Positions 38,401 to 53,400 of a DNA stretch of 64,000 bases are shown in pieces. The notes under the pieces are model-generated. The model was not told where the DNA came from. It did not search any database and saw only the letters and a list, made by a program, of their open reading frames with translations. The DNA lies in the NCBI RefSeq assembly GCF_009914755.1, contig NC_060946.1, one strand, 5' to 3'. Every line of letters begins with the position of its first letter. The first letter of the stretch is position 1. Origin of the DNA: the human T2T-CHM13v2.0 reference genome, Homo sapiens. The position numbers were made by a program, and so were the translations under genes.

Positions 38401-41400
38401 GTTCCATTCTGTTCCACTGCACTCCACTCCACTCCATTCCACTCCACTCCACTACATTCCATTACATAAGATTCCATTCCTGTTCATTCCACTACTCTCC
38501 ACTGCACTGCACTACATTCCACTTCATTCCACTCCATTCCATTCCACTCCACTTTAGTCCTCTCCACTCCTCTCTACTCCACTCCATGCCATTCCATTCC
38601 ACTCCATGCCATTCCACTTCTCTCCAATCCACAACACTCCAATCCATTCCACTCCACTCCATTCTATTCCATTCCACTCTAATCCATTCCATTAAACTCC
38701 ACTCCACTCCACTCCACCACACTCCACTCCATTCCTTTCTACTCCATTCCACTCCACCCCACCCCACTGAACTCCATTCCACTCCACTCCACTCCAGTCC
38801 ACTCCACTCCATTCCACTCCACTCCACTCTACTCCATTCCACTCCACTCCATTCCAATCCACACCACTCCGTTCCACTCCATTCCACTCCACTGCACTCC
38901 ACTCCCCTCCATTCCACTCCACACCACTCCGTTCCTCTCCATTCCACTCCACTCCACTCCTCTCCACTCCATCCAAATCCACACCTTTCTTTATACAGGA
39001 TCTCCCTCTGTCACACAGGCTGTAGCACAATGGCACAGTCTCAACACCCATTCTATTCCATTCCATGACATTCCATTCCATTCCTTTCAATTTCACTCAA
39101 ATCTATTCCACGCCACTCCATTCCATTCCACTCCACTGCATTCCGTTGCATTCCATTCCACTCCACCCCATTCTACTCCACTCCACTCCGCTCCATTCCA
39201 CTCCACTTCACTCCATTCCACTCCATTCTACTCCATTCCATTCCACTCCTGTCCATACCACTCCACTCCAGTAAATTCCACTCTGTTCCATTCCATTCCA
39301 TTCCACTCCGCCCCATTTCATTACACACAATTCCAATCCACTCCACTCCACTCACTACACTACACTTCATTCCACTCCACTCCACTCCTCTCCATTCCAT
39401 TCCACTCCATTCCATTCCATTCCACTCCAGTATATTCCATTCCACTAAAGTCTATTCCACTCCACTCCACTCCACTCCTCTAAACTGCATTCCATTCCAC
39501 TTCACTCCATTCCATTCCACACCTCTCCACTCCATCCACTCCTCTCCACTCCATTCCACTCCACTCCCTGCATTCCACTCCACTCAACTCCACTCCACTC
39601 CACTCCACTTCATTGTGCTCCACTCCACTCCACTCCACCCCACTCCATCCCATTCCACTCCTTTCTTTCAACAGGATCTCCCTCTGTCACAGACTCTGTA
39701 GCGCAGTGGCACAATCTCAGCACACATTTCGTTCCGATCCATTCCATTACGTTCCATTCCATTTTGTTCCACTCCATTCCATTCCACTCCTCTCCACCCC
39801 ATTCCATTCAACTCCATTCCAGTCCATTCCGTTCTACACCATTCTATTCCACTCCACTCCAGTCCATTCCACTCCAGTCCATTCCAGTCCATTCCATTCA
39901 ACTCCACTCCAGTCCATTCCACTACAATCCAATTGATTCCATTTCACTGCACTCCATTCCATTCCACTCCTCTCCACTCCACTCCATTCCACTCCACTAC
40001 ACTGCATTCCACTCCATTCCACTCCACTCCACTCCACTCCACTCCACTCCACTACAGTCCAACCCTTTCCACTCCTTTCTTTCAACAGGGTCTCCTTCTG
40101 TCACACAGGCTGTAGCACAGTTGCACAATCTCAGAACCCATTTCAATCCATTCTGTACCAATCATCTCCCTTCCACTCCACTCCTCTCCTCTCCACTCCA
40201 TTCCACTCCATTCCATTCCATTCCAGTCCACTCAAGTCCATTCCACACCTTCCAGTAAATTCCACTCCACTCCATTCCATTCCATTACACTCCACTCGAT
40301 TCTACTCCACTCCACTCCACTCGATTCCACTCCCCTCCACTTCATTCCATTCCATTGCATTCCAATCCATTCCATTCCACTAGAATTTTTTCCATTCCAC
40401 CCCAGTCTATTCCGCACCACTGCATTCCATTCCACTCCACTTCATTCCATTCCACTGCACTCCATTGCATTCCACTCCACTCCACTAAAATCCATTAACT
40501 TCCACTCCACTCCATTGTACACCTTTCCACCCCTCTCCACTGCATTCCACTCCAATCCACTCCATCCCATTCCACTACTTTCTTTCGACAGGGTCTCCAT
40601 CACACAGGTTGTAGTGCAGTTGCACATACTCAGCACACATTCCGTTCCATTCCATTCCATTATATTCTGTTCCGTTCCATTTCATTCCTTTCCACTCCAC
40701 TCCACTCCACTCCAATACATTACATTACCTCAAATTCCATTCCACTCCATTCCACTACTCTCTACTTCACTGCACTCCATTCCACTCCATTCCTTTCCAC
40801 TCCACTCAAATCCACTCCATTCCATTCCACTCCATGCCATTCCATTCCATTCCACTGCACTCCACTACCCTCCACTCAATTGCACTCCACTCCACTTCAT
40901 TCCATTCCATTCCATTCTACTCTACTCCACTCCACGTCTCTCCATTCCATTCCACTCCATTTCATTTCTTTCCAGTTCATTCCATGCCACTCCATTCCAC
41001 TCCACTTCTTTCCACTCCACTTCCTTCCATTCCACTCCATTCCAGTCTGCTCCACTCCACTCCATTCCATTCCACTCCACTGCATTGCATTCCACTCCAT
41101 TCCATTCCACTCCAATCCAGTCCATTCCACTGCACTCCATTCCATTCCACTCGAATCCATTCGATTCCACTCCATTCCATTCCACTCGAATCCATTCGAT
41201 TTCACTCCATTCCATTCCACTCCACTCCTCTCCTCTCCACTCCACTCCATCCCATTGCACTGCTTTTTTTGACAGGATCTCCTTCTGTCATAAAGGCTGT
41301 AGCGCAGTGGCACAAACTCAGCACCCATTCTATTCCATTCCATTCCATTCCTCTCCACTCCACACCACTCCACTGCAATCAACTCCATCCCATTTCACTC

Positions 41401-44400
41401 CAGTCTTTCGACAGGATCTCCCTGTGTCACACAGGGTGCAGTGCAGTGGCACACTCTCAGAACCAGTTCCGTTCCGTTCCATTGTATTCTGTTCCATTGC
41501 ATTCCATTCCACTCCACTCCATTCCACTCCACTCCACTACGTTCCTTTATAAAAGATTCCATTCCACTTAATTCCACTCCTCTCCACTCCACTGCACTCG
41601 ATTCCACTCCATTCCACTGCATTCCTTTCCACTCCACTTCAATCCTCTCCACTCCACTCCACTCCACTCCATTCCATTGCATTCCATTCCACTACATTAC
41701 ATTCCGTTCCATTCCATTGCAGTCCACTCCACTCAACTTAATTCTACTCCACTCCACTCCTCCGTTTCATGCAATTTGACTACATTGCATTCCATTCCAC
41801 TCCACTCCACTCCATTCCACTCCATTCCACTCCACTCCACTTCACTCCACTTCATCCCATTCCACTCCTTTCTTTTGACTGGGTTTCCCTCTGTCACAAA
41901 GGCTATTTCACAATGGCACAATCTCAGATCTCATTCCATGCCATTCCATTCCATTTTATTCCATTCCATTCCATTCCATTCCTTTTCAATAAATTCCACT
42001 GAACTCCATTCAAATCCAGTCCACTCCACTCCACTCCATTTCATCCCATTCCACTCCTTTCTTTTGACAGGGTTTCCCTCTGTCACAAAGGCTATTTCAC
42101 AGTGGCACAATCTCGTATCCCATTCCATGCCATTCCATTCCATTTTATTCCATTCCATTCCATTCCATTCCTTTCCAGTAAATTCCACTGAACTCCTTTC
42201 AATTCCATTCCACTCCACTTTATTCCCTTCCACTAAAATCCACTCCAGTCCACTCTACTCCACTCAATTCCACTCCACTCCACTCTGTTCGATTCCATTC
42301 CACTGCACTATATTCCACTCCCCTCCATTCCATTGCACTCTATTTGACTCCACTCCATACCATTCCATTCCATTGCACTCCACTTCTCTCCACTCCACTC
42401 CAAGCCACTCCATTCCATTCCATTCCACTCCACTCCATTCCACAACACTACGTTTCATTCCACTCCACTCCATTCTATTCCATTCCATTCCACTCCACTC
42501 CACTCCCCCACAGGCCTCTCCGGTCCACTCCACTCCAGTCCACTCCATTCCACTCCACTCCACCCCACTCCATTCCACTCAATTCCATAACATTACATTC
42601 CACATGATTCCATTCCATTGCACTCCAGTCCATTCCACTCCACTCCATTCCATTCCACCACACTCCACTCCATTCCATTCTACTCCATTCCATTCCATTA
42701 CGTTCCACACGATTCCATTCCATTCCACTCCAGCCCATTCCACTCCATTCCAGTAAATTCCACTCCACTCCATTCCATTCCATTCCATTCCATTCCACTC
42801 CACTCCATTCCATTCCATTTCACTCCACTCCATTCCTTTCCATTCCACTCCACTCCATTCCACCACACTCCACTCCATTCCAGTCCACTCCATTCCATTC
42901 CATTCCATTCTACTCCATTCCATTCCATTCCACTCCAGTCCATTCCACTCCATTCCAGTCCATTCCACTCCACTCCATTCCATTCCACACCACTCCACTC
43001 CATCCACTCCTCTCCACTCCGTTCCACTCCACTCCACTGCATTCCACTCACTCCACTCCACTCCATTCTGCTCCACTGCACTCCACCCCATTCCATCCCA
43101 TTCCACTCCGTTCTTTCGACAGGATCTCCCTCTGTCACACAGGCTGTAGCTCAGTGGCACAATCTCAGCACAAATTTCGTTCCGTTGCATTCCGTTTCGT
43201 TCCATTCCATTGTTTTAGACTCCACTCCATTCCACTCCACTCCACTCCACTCCATTCCTTCCAACTCCATTCCAGTCCATTCCATTCCACACATTTCCAT
43301 TCCATTCCACTCCAGTCCATTCCACTCCATTCCATTCCATTCAACTCCACTCCATTCCATTCCACTACAATCCAATCCATTCCATTTCACTACACTCCAT
43401 TCCATTCAACTCCTCTCCTCTCCATTCCACTCCACTCCACTCCATTGCACTCCACTCCACTACATTACACCACACTCCAACCCATTCCACTCCTTTCTTT
43501 CGACAGGGTCTCTTGTCACACAGGCTGTAGCGCAGTGGCACAATCTCAACACCTATTTCCTTCCATTCTATTCCATTCAACACCATTCCACTCCACTCGA
43601 CTTCACTCCACTCCATTCCACTACATTCCATTCCATTCCACTCCATTCCAGTAAATTCCACTCCACTCCATTCCATTCCATTCCACTCAATTCCACTCCA
43701 TTCCACCCCATTCCATTCCATTTCACTCCCCTCCACTCCATTCCATTCCATTCCATTTCATCCCAATCCATTCCATTCCACTAGATTCCTTTCCACTCCA
43801 CTCCAGTCTATTCCACACAACTGCAGTCTATTCCACTCCACTTCATTCCATTCCTCTCCACTCCACTCCATTCCATTCCACACCACTCCACTCCTCTCTA
43901 CTGCATTCCACTCCTCTCCACACCACTCCATCCCATTCCACTCCATCCCATTCCACTCCTTTCTTTCGACAGGATCTCCCTCTATCACACAGGCTGTAGC
44001 ACAGTTGCACAATCTCAGCACCCATTCCGTTCCATTCCATTCCATTCCATTCATTTCCACTCCACTCCAATCCAATATATTACATTCCCTCCGATTCCGT
44101 TCCACTTCATTCCACTACTCTACACTTCGCTGCACTCCGTTCTACTCCATTCCACTCCATTCCTTTCCACTCCACTCCACTCAAGTCCACTCCATTCCAT
44201 TCTATTCCATTATTTTCCATTCCATTCTTTTCCATTCCACTGCACTCCACTACCCTCCACTCTATTGCACTCCACTCCACTCCACTTCATTCCATTCCAT
44301 TCCGTTGTTCTCTAATCCACTCCACGCCACTCCATTCCATTCAACTCCGCTTCATTCCTTTCCAGTTCATTAAACTCCACTCCATTCCACTCCACTCCAC

Positions 44401-47400
44401 TTCCTTCCATTCCACTACATTCTATTTCACTCCATTCCACTCCATTCCATTCCACTCCATTCCTTTCCAGTTCATTCGACTCCACTCCATTCCACTCCAC
44501 TCCTATTCTTTCCATTCCACTACATTCCATTTCGCTCCATTCCACTCCATTCCATTCCACTCCACTCCAATCCATTCCAGTACACTCCATTGCATTCCAC
44601 TCCACTCCACTCCATTCTATTCCACTCCACTCCACTCCATTCCATTCTACTCGAATGCATTCCTTTCCACTCCAGTCCATTCCATTCCACTCCACTCCTA
44701 TCCATTCCACTGCATTCCACTCCATTCCATTTCTTTCCACTCCACTCCATTTCATTTCTTTCCACTCCACTCCTCTCATCTCCACTCCACTCTAACCCAT
44801 TCTACTCCTTTTTTCGACAGGATCTTCCTCTGTCACACACGCTGTAGTGCTGAGTCACAAACTCAGCACCCATTCCATTCCATTCCATTCTATTCCACTC
44901 CACTCCACACCATTCCACTGCACTCCACTCCATCCCATTCCTCTCCATTCTTTCGAAAGGATCTCCCTCTGTCACAGAGGTTGCAGTGCAGTGGCACCAT
45001 CTCAGAACCACTTCCGTTCCGTTTCGTTGCACTCTGTTCCATTCCATTCCGTTCCACTCCACTTCACGCCACTACATTCCATTACATAAGATTCTATTCC
45101 ACTCCCTTCCAATCTTCTCCACTCCACTGCACTCCATTCCAATCCATTCCACTCCATTCCTTTCCACTCCATTTCAATCCTCTCCACTCCAATCTACTCT
45201 ACTCCCTTCCACTCCCTTCCATTCCATTCCATTCCATTGCAGTCCATTCCACTCAACTAAATTCCACTCCACTCAACTCCTCTGTTCAATGCAATTCCAT
45301 TCCATTCCATTCCATTCCACTCTATTCCATTCCATTCCACTCCATTCCATTCCATTCCACTCCATTCCATTCCACTCCATTCCACTCCATTCCATTCCAC
45401 TCCATTCCACTCCATTCCATTCCACTCCATTCCACTCCATTCCACTCCACTCCACTGCACTCCAATCCCCTCTTTTCAATTCCATTTCATTCCATTGCAC
45501 TCCACTCCACTCCTCTCCACTCCACTCCACTCCTCTCCACTCCACTCCATTACATTCCACTCAACTCCACTCCACGTCACTCCACTCCACTCCGTTCCAC
45601 TCCATTATATTCCACTCCACTCCACTCCACTTTATTCCATTCCCCTCCATTCCATTCCATTGCACTCAATTCCATTTCGTTCCACTCCAATCCACTACAC
45701 TCATTCCACTCCACTGCACTCCACTACACTCATTCCACTCCACTGCACTCCACTACACTCCATTCCATTACACTCCGCTCCATTAAACTCCACTTCACTC
45801 CATCCACTCCTCTCCACTCCATTCCACTCCACTCCACTCCACTGCATCCCATTCCACTCCTTTCTTTCGACAGTATTTCCGTCTGTCACAAAGGCTATTT
45901 CGCAGTGCCACAATTTCAGATCCCATTCCCTTCCCTTCCCTTCCATTCCATTCCATTCCATTCCATTCTATTCCATTGCAGTCCACTCCACTCAATTCAA
46001 TTCCACTCCACTCCACTCCACTGTATCCCATCACACTCCTTTCTTTTGACAGGATTTCCCTCTGTCTGAAAGACTATTTTGCAGTGGCACAATCTCTGAT
46101 CCATTTTCATTTCATTACATTCCATGTCATTCCATTCCATTCCATTCCATTCCATTCCATTCCATTCCATTCCGTTCCATTCCGTTCCATTTCGTTCCAT
46201 TCCATTCCATTCCATTCCATTTCGTTCCATTCCATTCCATTCCAGTAAATTCCACTGAACTTCATTCAATTCCATTCCACTTCACTCCATTCCATTCCAC
46301 TAAACTCCACTCCAATCCACTCCACTCAATTCAACTCCACTACACTCCATTCGGTTACATTGCGCACCACTACATTCCAATCCACTCCATTCCATTCCAC
46401 TCTATTTCACTGTACTCCATACCATTCCATTCCATTGCACTCCACTTCACTGTACTCCACTCCACTCCACACCACTCCATTCCATTCCACTCCACTCCAC
46501 TCCAGTCCACAACACTCCATTCCATTCCACTCGACCCCGTTCTATTCCATTCCATACCACTCCACTCCACTCCAGGCCTCTCCATTCCACTCCACTCTAC
46601 TGCACTACACTCCGTTACACTCCATTCCATTTCATTCCACACCATTCCATTGCACTCCAGTCCATTCCACTCCATTCCAGAAAATTCCAGTTAACTCCAT
46701 TCCATTCTATTCCACTGCATTCCATTCAATTCCACTCAACTCCACTCCACTCCACTCCATTCCACCACACTCCACTCCATTCCCTTCCACTCCATTCCAT
46801 TCCATTCCACTCCATTCCATTCCATTTCACTCCAGTCCATTCCACTCAATTCCAGTCCATACCACTCCACTCCATTCAATTCCTCTCCGCTCTGATCCAT
46901 TCCATTTCACTCCGCTCTGCTCCATTCCGTTTCACTCCACTCCATTCCATTCCAATCCATTCCACTTCACTCCACCCCATTCCACTCCACTCCACTCAAT
47001 GATCCCTTCAATTTCAGTCCACTCCGCTCCATTCCATTTCACTCCACTCAATTCCATTCCACTTCATTCCTCTCCACTCCATTCCACTCCACTCCATTCC
47101 ACCCCATTACACTCCTTTCTTTCGACATGATTTCTCTCTGTCACACAGGCTGTAACGCAGTTACACAATCTCCGCACCCATTCCATTCCATTGCATTCCA
47201 TTCCATTCCATTCAGTTAAATTTGATTCAACTCAACTCAACTCCAAGCCACTCCATTCCATTCCACTCCACTCCATTCCATTCCACTCCACTCCACCATT
47301 CCACTCCACTCCACTCCATTCCTCTCCACTCCACTTCACTCCATTCCTCTTCATTCCATTCCCTTCCACTCCATTCAATTCCAGTCCACTCCAGTTAATT

Positions 47401-50400
47401 CCACTCCTTTCCAGTAAATTCCACTCCATGGCATTCCATTCCACTCCACTCCATTCCATTCCATTCCATTCCATTCCTCTCCACTCCATTCCACTCCACT
47501 CCACTCCATTCCACTCTATTCCACTACACTCCATTCCCCTCCACTTCAATCCACTCCATTCCATTTCTCTCCATTCCACTGCATCCCATTCTAATCCATT
47601 CTATTCCACTCCCGTCCATTGCACTCCACTCCATTCCATTCCATTGCATTCCATTCCATTTCATTCCATTCCATTCCATTTCACTGCACTCTACTCCACT
47701 CCACTCCAATCCATTCCATTCCTTTCCACTCCACTCTACTCCGTTCCACTCCACTCCATTCCATTCCACTCCACTCCACCATTCCACTCCACTCCACTCC
47801 ACTCCATTCCTCTTCACTCCACTCCACTCCATTCCTCTCCACTCCACTTCACTCCATTCCTCTTCATTCCATTCCCTTCCACTCCATTCAATTCCAGTCC
47901 ACTCCAGTTATTTCCACTCCTTTCCAGTAAATTCCACTCCATAGCATTCCATTCCACTCCACTCCATTCCATTCCATTCCATTCCATTCCTCTCCACTCC
48001 ATTCCACTCCACTCCACTCCATTCCACTCTATTCCACTACACTCCATTCCCCTCCACTTCAATTCACTCCACTCCATTTCTCTCCATTCCATTGCATCCC
48101 ATTCCAATCCATTCTATTCCACTCCCGTCCATTGCACTCCACTCCATTCCATTCCATTGCATTTCATTCCATTTCATTCCATTCCATTCCATTTCACTGC
48201 ACTCTACTCCACTCCACTCCAATCCATTCCATTCCTTTCCACTCCACTCTACTCCGTTCCACTCCACTCCATTCCATTCCATTCCATTCCCCTCCACTCC
48301 ACTCCTATCCACTCCACTCCTCTCTGTCCCACTCCACTCCTAACCACTCCACTCCTCTCTGTTCCACTCCACTCCATTCCACTCCACTTCATTCCACTCC
48401 ACTCCACTCCATTTCAATCCACTCCACTCAATTCCACTCAACTCCACTTCACTCCACTCCATTCCACTCCACTCCACTCCATTCCACTCCATTCCATTCC
48501 ACTCCATTCAAGTAAAACCTTCCCAATCCATTCCACTCCACTCCATTTCTCTCCACTCCACTCCACTCCATTCCTCTCCATTCCGTTCCCTTCAACTCCA
48601 TTCAATTCCAATCCACTCGTTAATTCCACTTCTTTCCAGTAAATTCCCATCCACTCCATTCCATTCCATTCCACTCCATTTCACTCCACTCCACTCCATT
48701 CCACTCCATTATTTTCCATTCCACTCCATTCCCATTCCACTCCACTTCACTCCACTTCATTCCAGTCCACTCCATCCCATTCCACTCCTTTCCATTCGAA
48801 TCCACTCCACTCCGTTCCATGTCACTGCACTCCATTCCATTCCAGTCTGCTCCACTCCACTTCACTACACTCCATTCTGCTCCACTCAACTGCATTCCGC
48901 TCTACTCAACTCCATTCCACTCCATTCCACTCCACTTCACACCGCTCCAGTCCAGTCCACTCCATCCCATTTCACTCCTTTCTTTCATCAGGATTTCTCT
49001 CTGTCATACAGGCTGTAGCTCCATTGAATTCTACTCCACTTTATTCCACTCCACTGTACTCCACACCACTCCACTCCACACCACTCCAATCCCCTCTATT
49101 TCACTCCATTCCTTTCCACTCCATTCCATTCCTGTCCATTCAACTCAATTCAAGCAAATTGAATTCTACTCTATTCCAATCCATTCTACTCAACTCCTCT
49201 CCACTCCACTCCACTCCAATCGACTCCACTCTTCTCCATTCCCCTCAAATCCATTCCATTCCGTTCCACTCCATTCCATTCCATTCCATTCCATTCCATT
49301 CCATTCCATTCCACTCCTTTCCATTCCACGCCAGTTCATTTCACTCCACTCCAGTTCTTTCCACTCTATTCCATTCCATTCCACTCCTCTCTGCTCCATT
49401 CCATTCCACTCCACTCCACTCCAGTCCATTTCACTCCACTCCATTCCACTCCACTCCACTCCGTTTCACTCCACTCCACTCCATTCCATTCCATTCCATT
49501 CCATTCCACTCAACTCCACTCCACGAAACTCCAACCCACCCCATTACACTCCTTTCTTTTGACATGATTTACCTCTGTCACACAGTCTGTAGCACAGTTG
49601 CACAACCTCTGCACCAATTCCATTCCAATCCATTCCATTCCATTCTATTACCTTCTATTTCTATCCATTCAACTCAACTGCACTCCTCACCACTCCATTC
49701 CATTCCACTCCTCTCCATTCCATTCCACTCCATTCCATTCCAATCCACTCCAGTTCATTCCACTCCTTTCCAGTAAATTCCACTCTACTCCGTTGAATTC
49801 CATTCCACTCCACTCCATTCCATTCCATTCAATTCCACTCCACTCAATTCCACTCCACTCCATTCCACTGTACTCAACTCCACTCCACTCTACTCCACTC
49901 CATTCTACACCACTTGACTCCATTCCTTTCCATTCCATTCCATTCCATTCCACTCCATTCCAGTCCATTCCACTCCAGGCCATTCCACTCCAATCCACTC
50001 CATTCCTTTCCACTCCTCTCCATTCCATTCCACTCCATCCATTCCTCTCCAATCCATATCACTCCACTCCACTCCATTCCACTCCTCTCCACTCCACTGC
50101 ATTCCACTCTACTCCACTCCAATCCACTCCACTCCATCCCATTCCACTGCTTTCCTTCGACACGATCTCCCTCTGTCACGCAGGCTGTAACGCAGTGGCA
50201 CAATCTCAACCCACATTCCGTTCTGTTGCATTCCATTCCATTCCACTCCACTCCACTGCAGTCCACTACATTCCATTACATCCTATTCCATTTCAATCCA
50301 TTCCACTCCTCTGAACTCCACTGCACTCCATTCCACTCCATTCCTTTCCAGTCCACTCCACTCCTCTCCACTCCATTGCATTCCATTCCATTCCATTTCA

Positions 50401-53400
50401 CTGCACTCCACCCAACTCCACTCAATTAAACTCCACTCCACTCCTCCATTCCATTCTATTCCATTCCATTCCATTCCATTCCACTTCTATCCATTCCACT
50501 CTGTTTCATTCCTTTACACTCCATTCCATTCCACTCCAGTCCATTCTACTCCATTTCAGTCCATTCCACTCCACTCCACTCCATTCCACTCCACTTCATT
50601 CCATTCCACTCCACTGCCGTCCTTTCCACCAAAGTCCAGTCCATTCCACTCCACTCCACTTCATTTCGCTCCCCTCCATACCACTCCAATCCATTTCTCT
50701 CTTTTCCACTGCATTACACTCCATTCCACTCCACTCCACGCCACTTCTCTCCACTCCATTCAATTCTGCTCCTTTCTTTTGACAGGTTCTCCCTATGTCA
50801 CACAGGCTGTAGCGCAGAGACACAATCTCAAAACCCATGCCGTTCCATTCCATTGTGTTGCATTCAATTCTACTCTACTTCTCTCTACGCCACTTCATCC
50901 CATTCCTGTCCACTCCATTCCATTCCATTCCATTCCACTGCACTCCACTCCACTGCACTGCACTCCACTCCACTGCACTCCATTCCACTCCATTCCACTC
51001 CATTCCACTCCACTCCATTCCACTCCTTTCCACGCCATTCCAATCCATTCCACTACAGTCCCATCCACTCTATTCCAGTAAATTCCACTTTTCTTCATTC
51101 CATTCCATTCCACTCCACTACATTCCATTCCACTCAACTCCACTCCACTGCACTCAACTGCACTCCACTCCCCTCCACTCCATTGCACTCCACTCCACTC
51201 CCTTCCATTCCACTCCATTCCATTCCAGTCCACTCCAGTCCATTCCACTCCACTCGAATTCTTTCCACTCTACTCCATTCCATTCCACTCCAGTCCACAC
51301 CATTCCACTCCACTCCAATCCATTCCATTCCACTCCAGTCCATTCCATTTCACTCCGATCCGCTCCATTCCATTCCACTCAACTCTATTCCACTGCATTC
51401 CACTCCATTCCACTCCACTCTACTCCACTCCATACCCTTCCACTCCTTCCTTTCGACAGGCTCTCCCTCTGTAACACAGGCTGTAGCACAGTGGCAAAAT
51501 CTCAGCACCCATTCTCTTCCGTTCGATTCCATTCCATTCCATTCTGTTCCGTTCCATTCCATTCCAATCCGTTGCACTCCACTAGGTTGCATTACCTGCA
51601 ATTCAATTCAACTCCATTCCACTTCTCTCCACTCCACTGCACTCCATTCAACTCCATTCCACTCCATTCCTTTCCACTCCACTCCACTTCACTTCACTGC
51701 ACTCCATTCCACTCCATTCTGTTCCATACCATTCCACTCCACTCCATTCCACTACATTCCATTACATCCAATCCCATTCCACTCCATTCCACTTCAATCC
51801 ACACCTCCATTCCATTCCATTCCTTTTCACTCCACTCCACTACACTGCATTCCATTCCATTCCATTCCACTCGACTCCACTCCACGCCACTCCATTCCAT
51901 TCCACTCCAAACCATTCTATTCCATTCCACTCCACTCCATTTCACTCCACTCCCCTCCATTCCACTCTATTCCACTCCACTCCATTCCACTCCACTTCAA
52001 TCCACTCCACTCCATTTTTCTCCATTCCATTGCATTGCACTCCAATCCATTCTATTCCACTCCAGTCCATTGCAATCCACTCAAGTCCATTCCACTCCAT
52101 TCCACTCCATTTCACTGCACTCAACTCCACTCCACTCCACTCCTTTTCACTGCACTCAACTCCACTCCACTCCTCTCCATTCCTTTCCACTCCACTGCAC
52201 TCCATTCCACTCCACTCCATTCCACTCCACTCCACTCCACTTCATTCCACTCCACTCCACTCCATTCAACTCCACTCCACGCCATTCCACTCAACTCCAC
52301 TTCACTCCACTCTACTCCGTTCCACTCCACTCCACTCTGTTGCATCCCACTCCACTCCATTCCATTCCATTCCACTCCAGTCCATTCCGCTCCATTTCAG
52401 TAAATTCCAGTCCATTCTATTCCACTCCACTTCATTCCACTTCAATCCAGTCCACCCCATCCCATTCCACTTCTTTCCATTCGATTCCACTCCACTCCGT
52501 TCCAAGTCATTGCACTCCATTCTATTCCAGTCCACTCCATTCCACTTCAGTCCACTCCACTCCATTCCACTCCACTTCACTCCGATCCCGTCCAGTCCAC
52601 TCCATACCATTCCACTCGTTTCTTTCAACAGGATCTCCCTCTGTCACACAGGCTGTAACTCCATTCAATTCTATTCCATTTCCTTCCACTCCATTCCTCG
52701 CCACTCCACTCCACTCTATTCCACTCCATTCATTTCCATTTCATTCCACTCCAGTTTAATCATCTCCATTCAAGTTAATTCAACTCCACTCTATTCCATT
52801 CAGTTCCACTCCATTTCATTCCATTCCACTCAACTTCTCTCCAGTCCACTGCGCTCCTCTCCATTCCCCTCAACTTCTTTCCATTCCATTCCACTCCGTT
52901 GCATTCTATTCCTTTCCATTCCACACCATTCCTTTCCATTTCACTCCAGTCCATTCCACTCCACTCCTGTTTTTTCCACTCCACTTCATTCCATTCCACT
53001 CCTCTCCACTTCATTGCATTCCACTCTACCCCACTCCATTCAACTCCACTCCACTTCATTCCACCCCACTCCACTCCACTCCTTTCCACTCAATTCCACT
53101 CCACGCCATCCCATTCCACTCCTTTCTTTCAACAGGATCTCCCTCTGTCACACAGGCTGTAGTGCAGTGGAACAATCTCAGCACCCATTCCGTTCCGTTC
53201 CGTTTTCTTCCATTCCGTTGTGTTCCATTCCGTCCATTGCATTGAACTCCTCTCCATTCCACTACATTCCATTACATCTGATTCCATTTCACTTCATTCC
53301 ACTCCTCTCCACTTCACTGCATTCCATTGCACTCCTTTCCTTTCCACTTCAATCCACTCCACTCCACTCAACTCCATTTCATTCCGTTCCATTCCATTCC

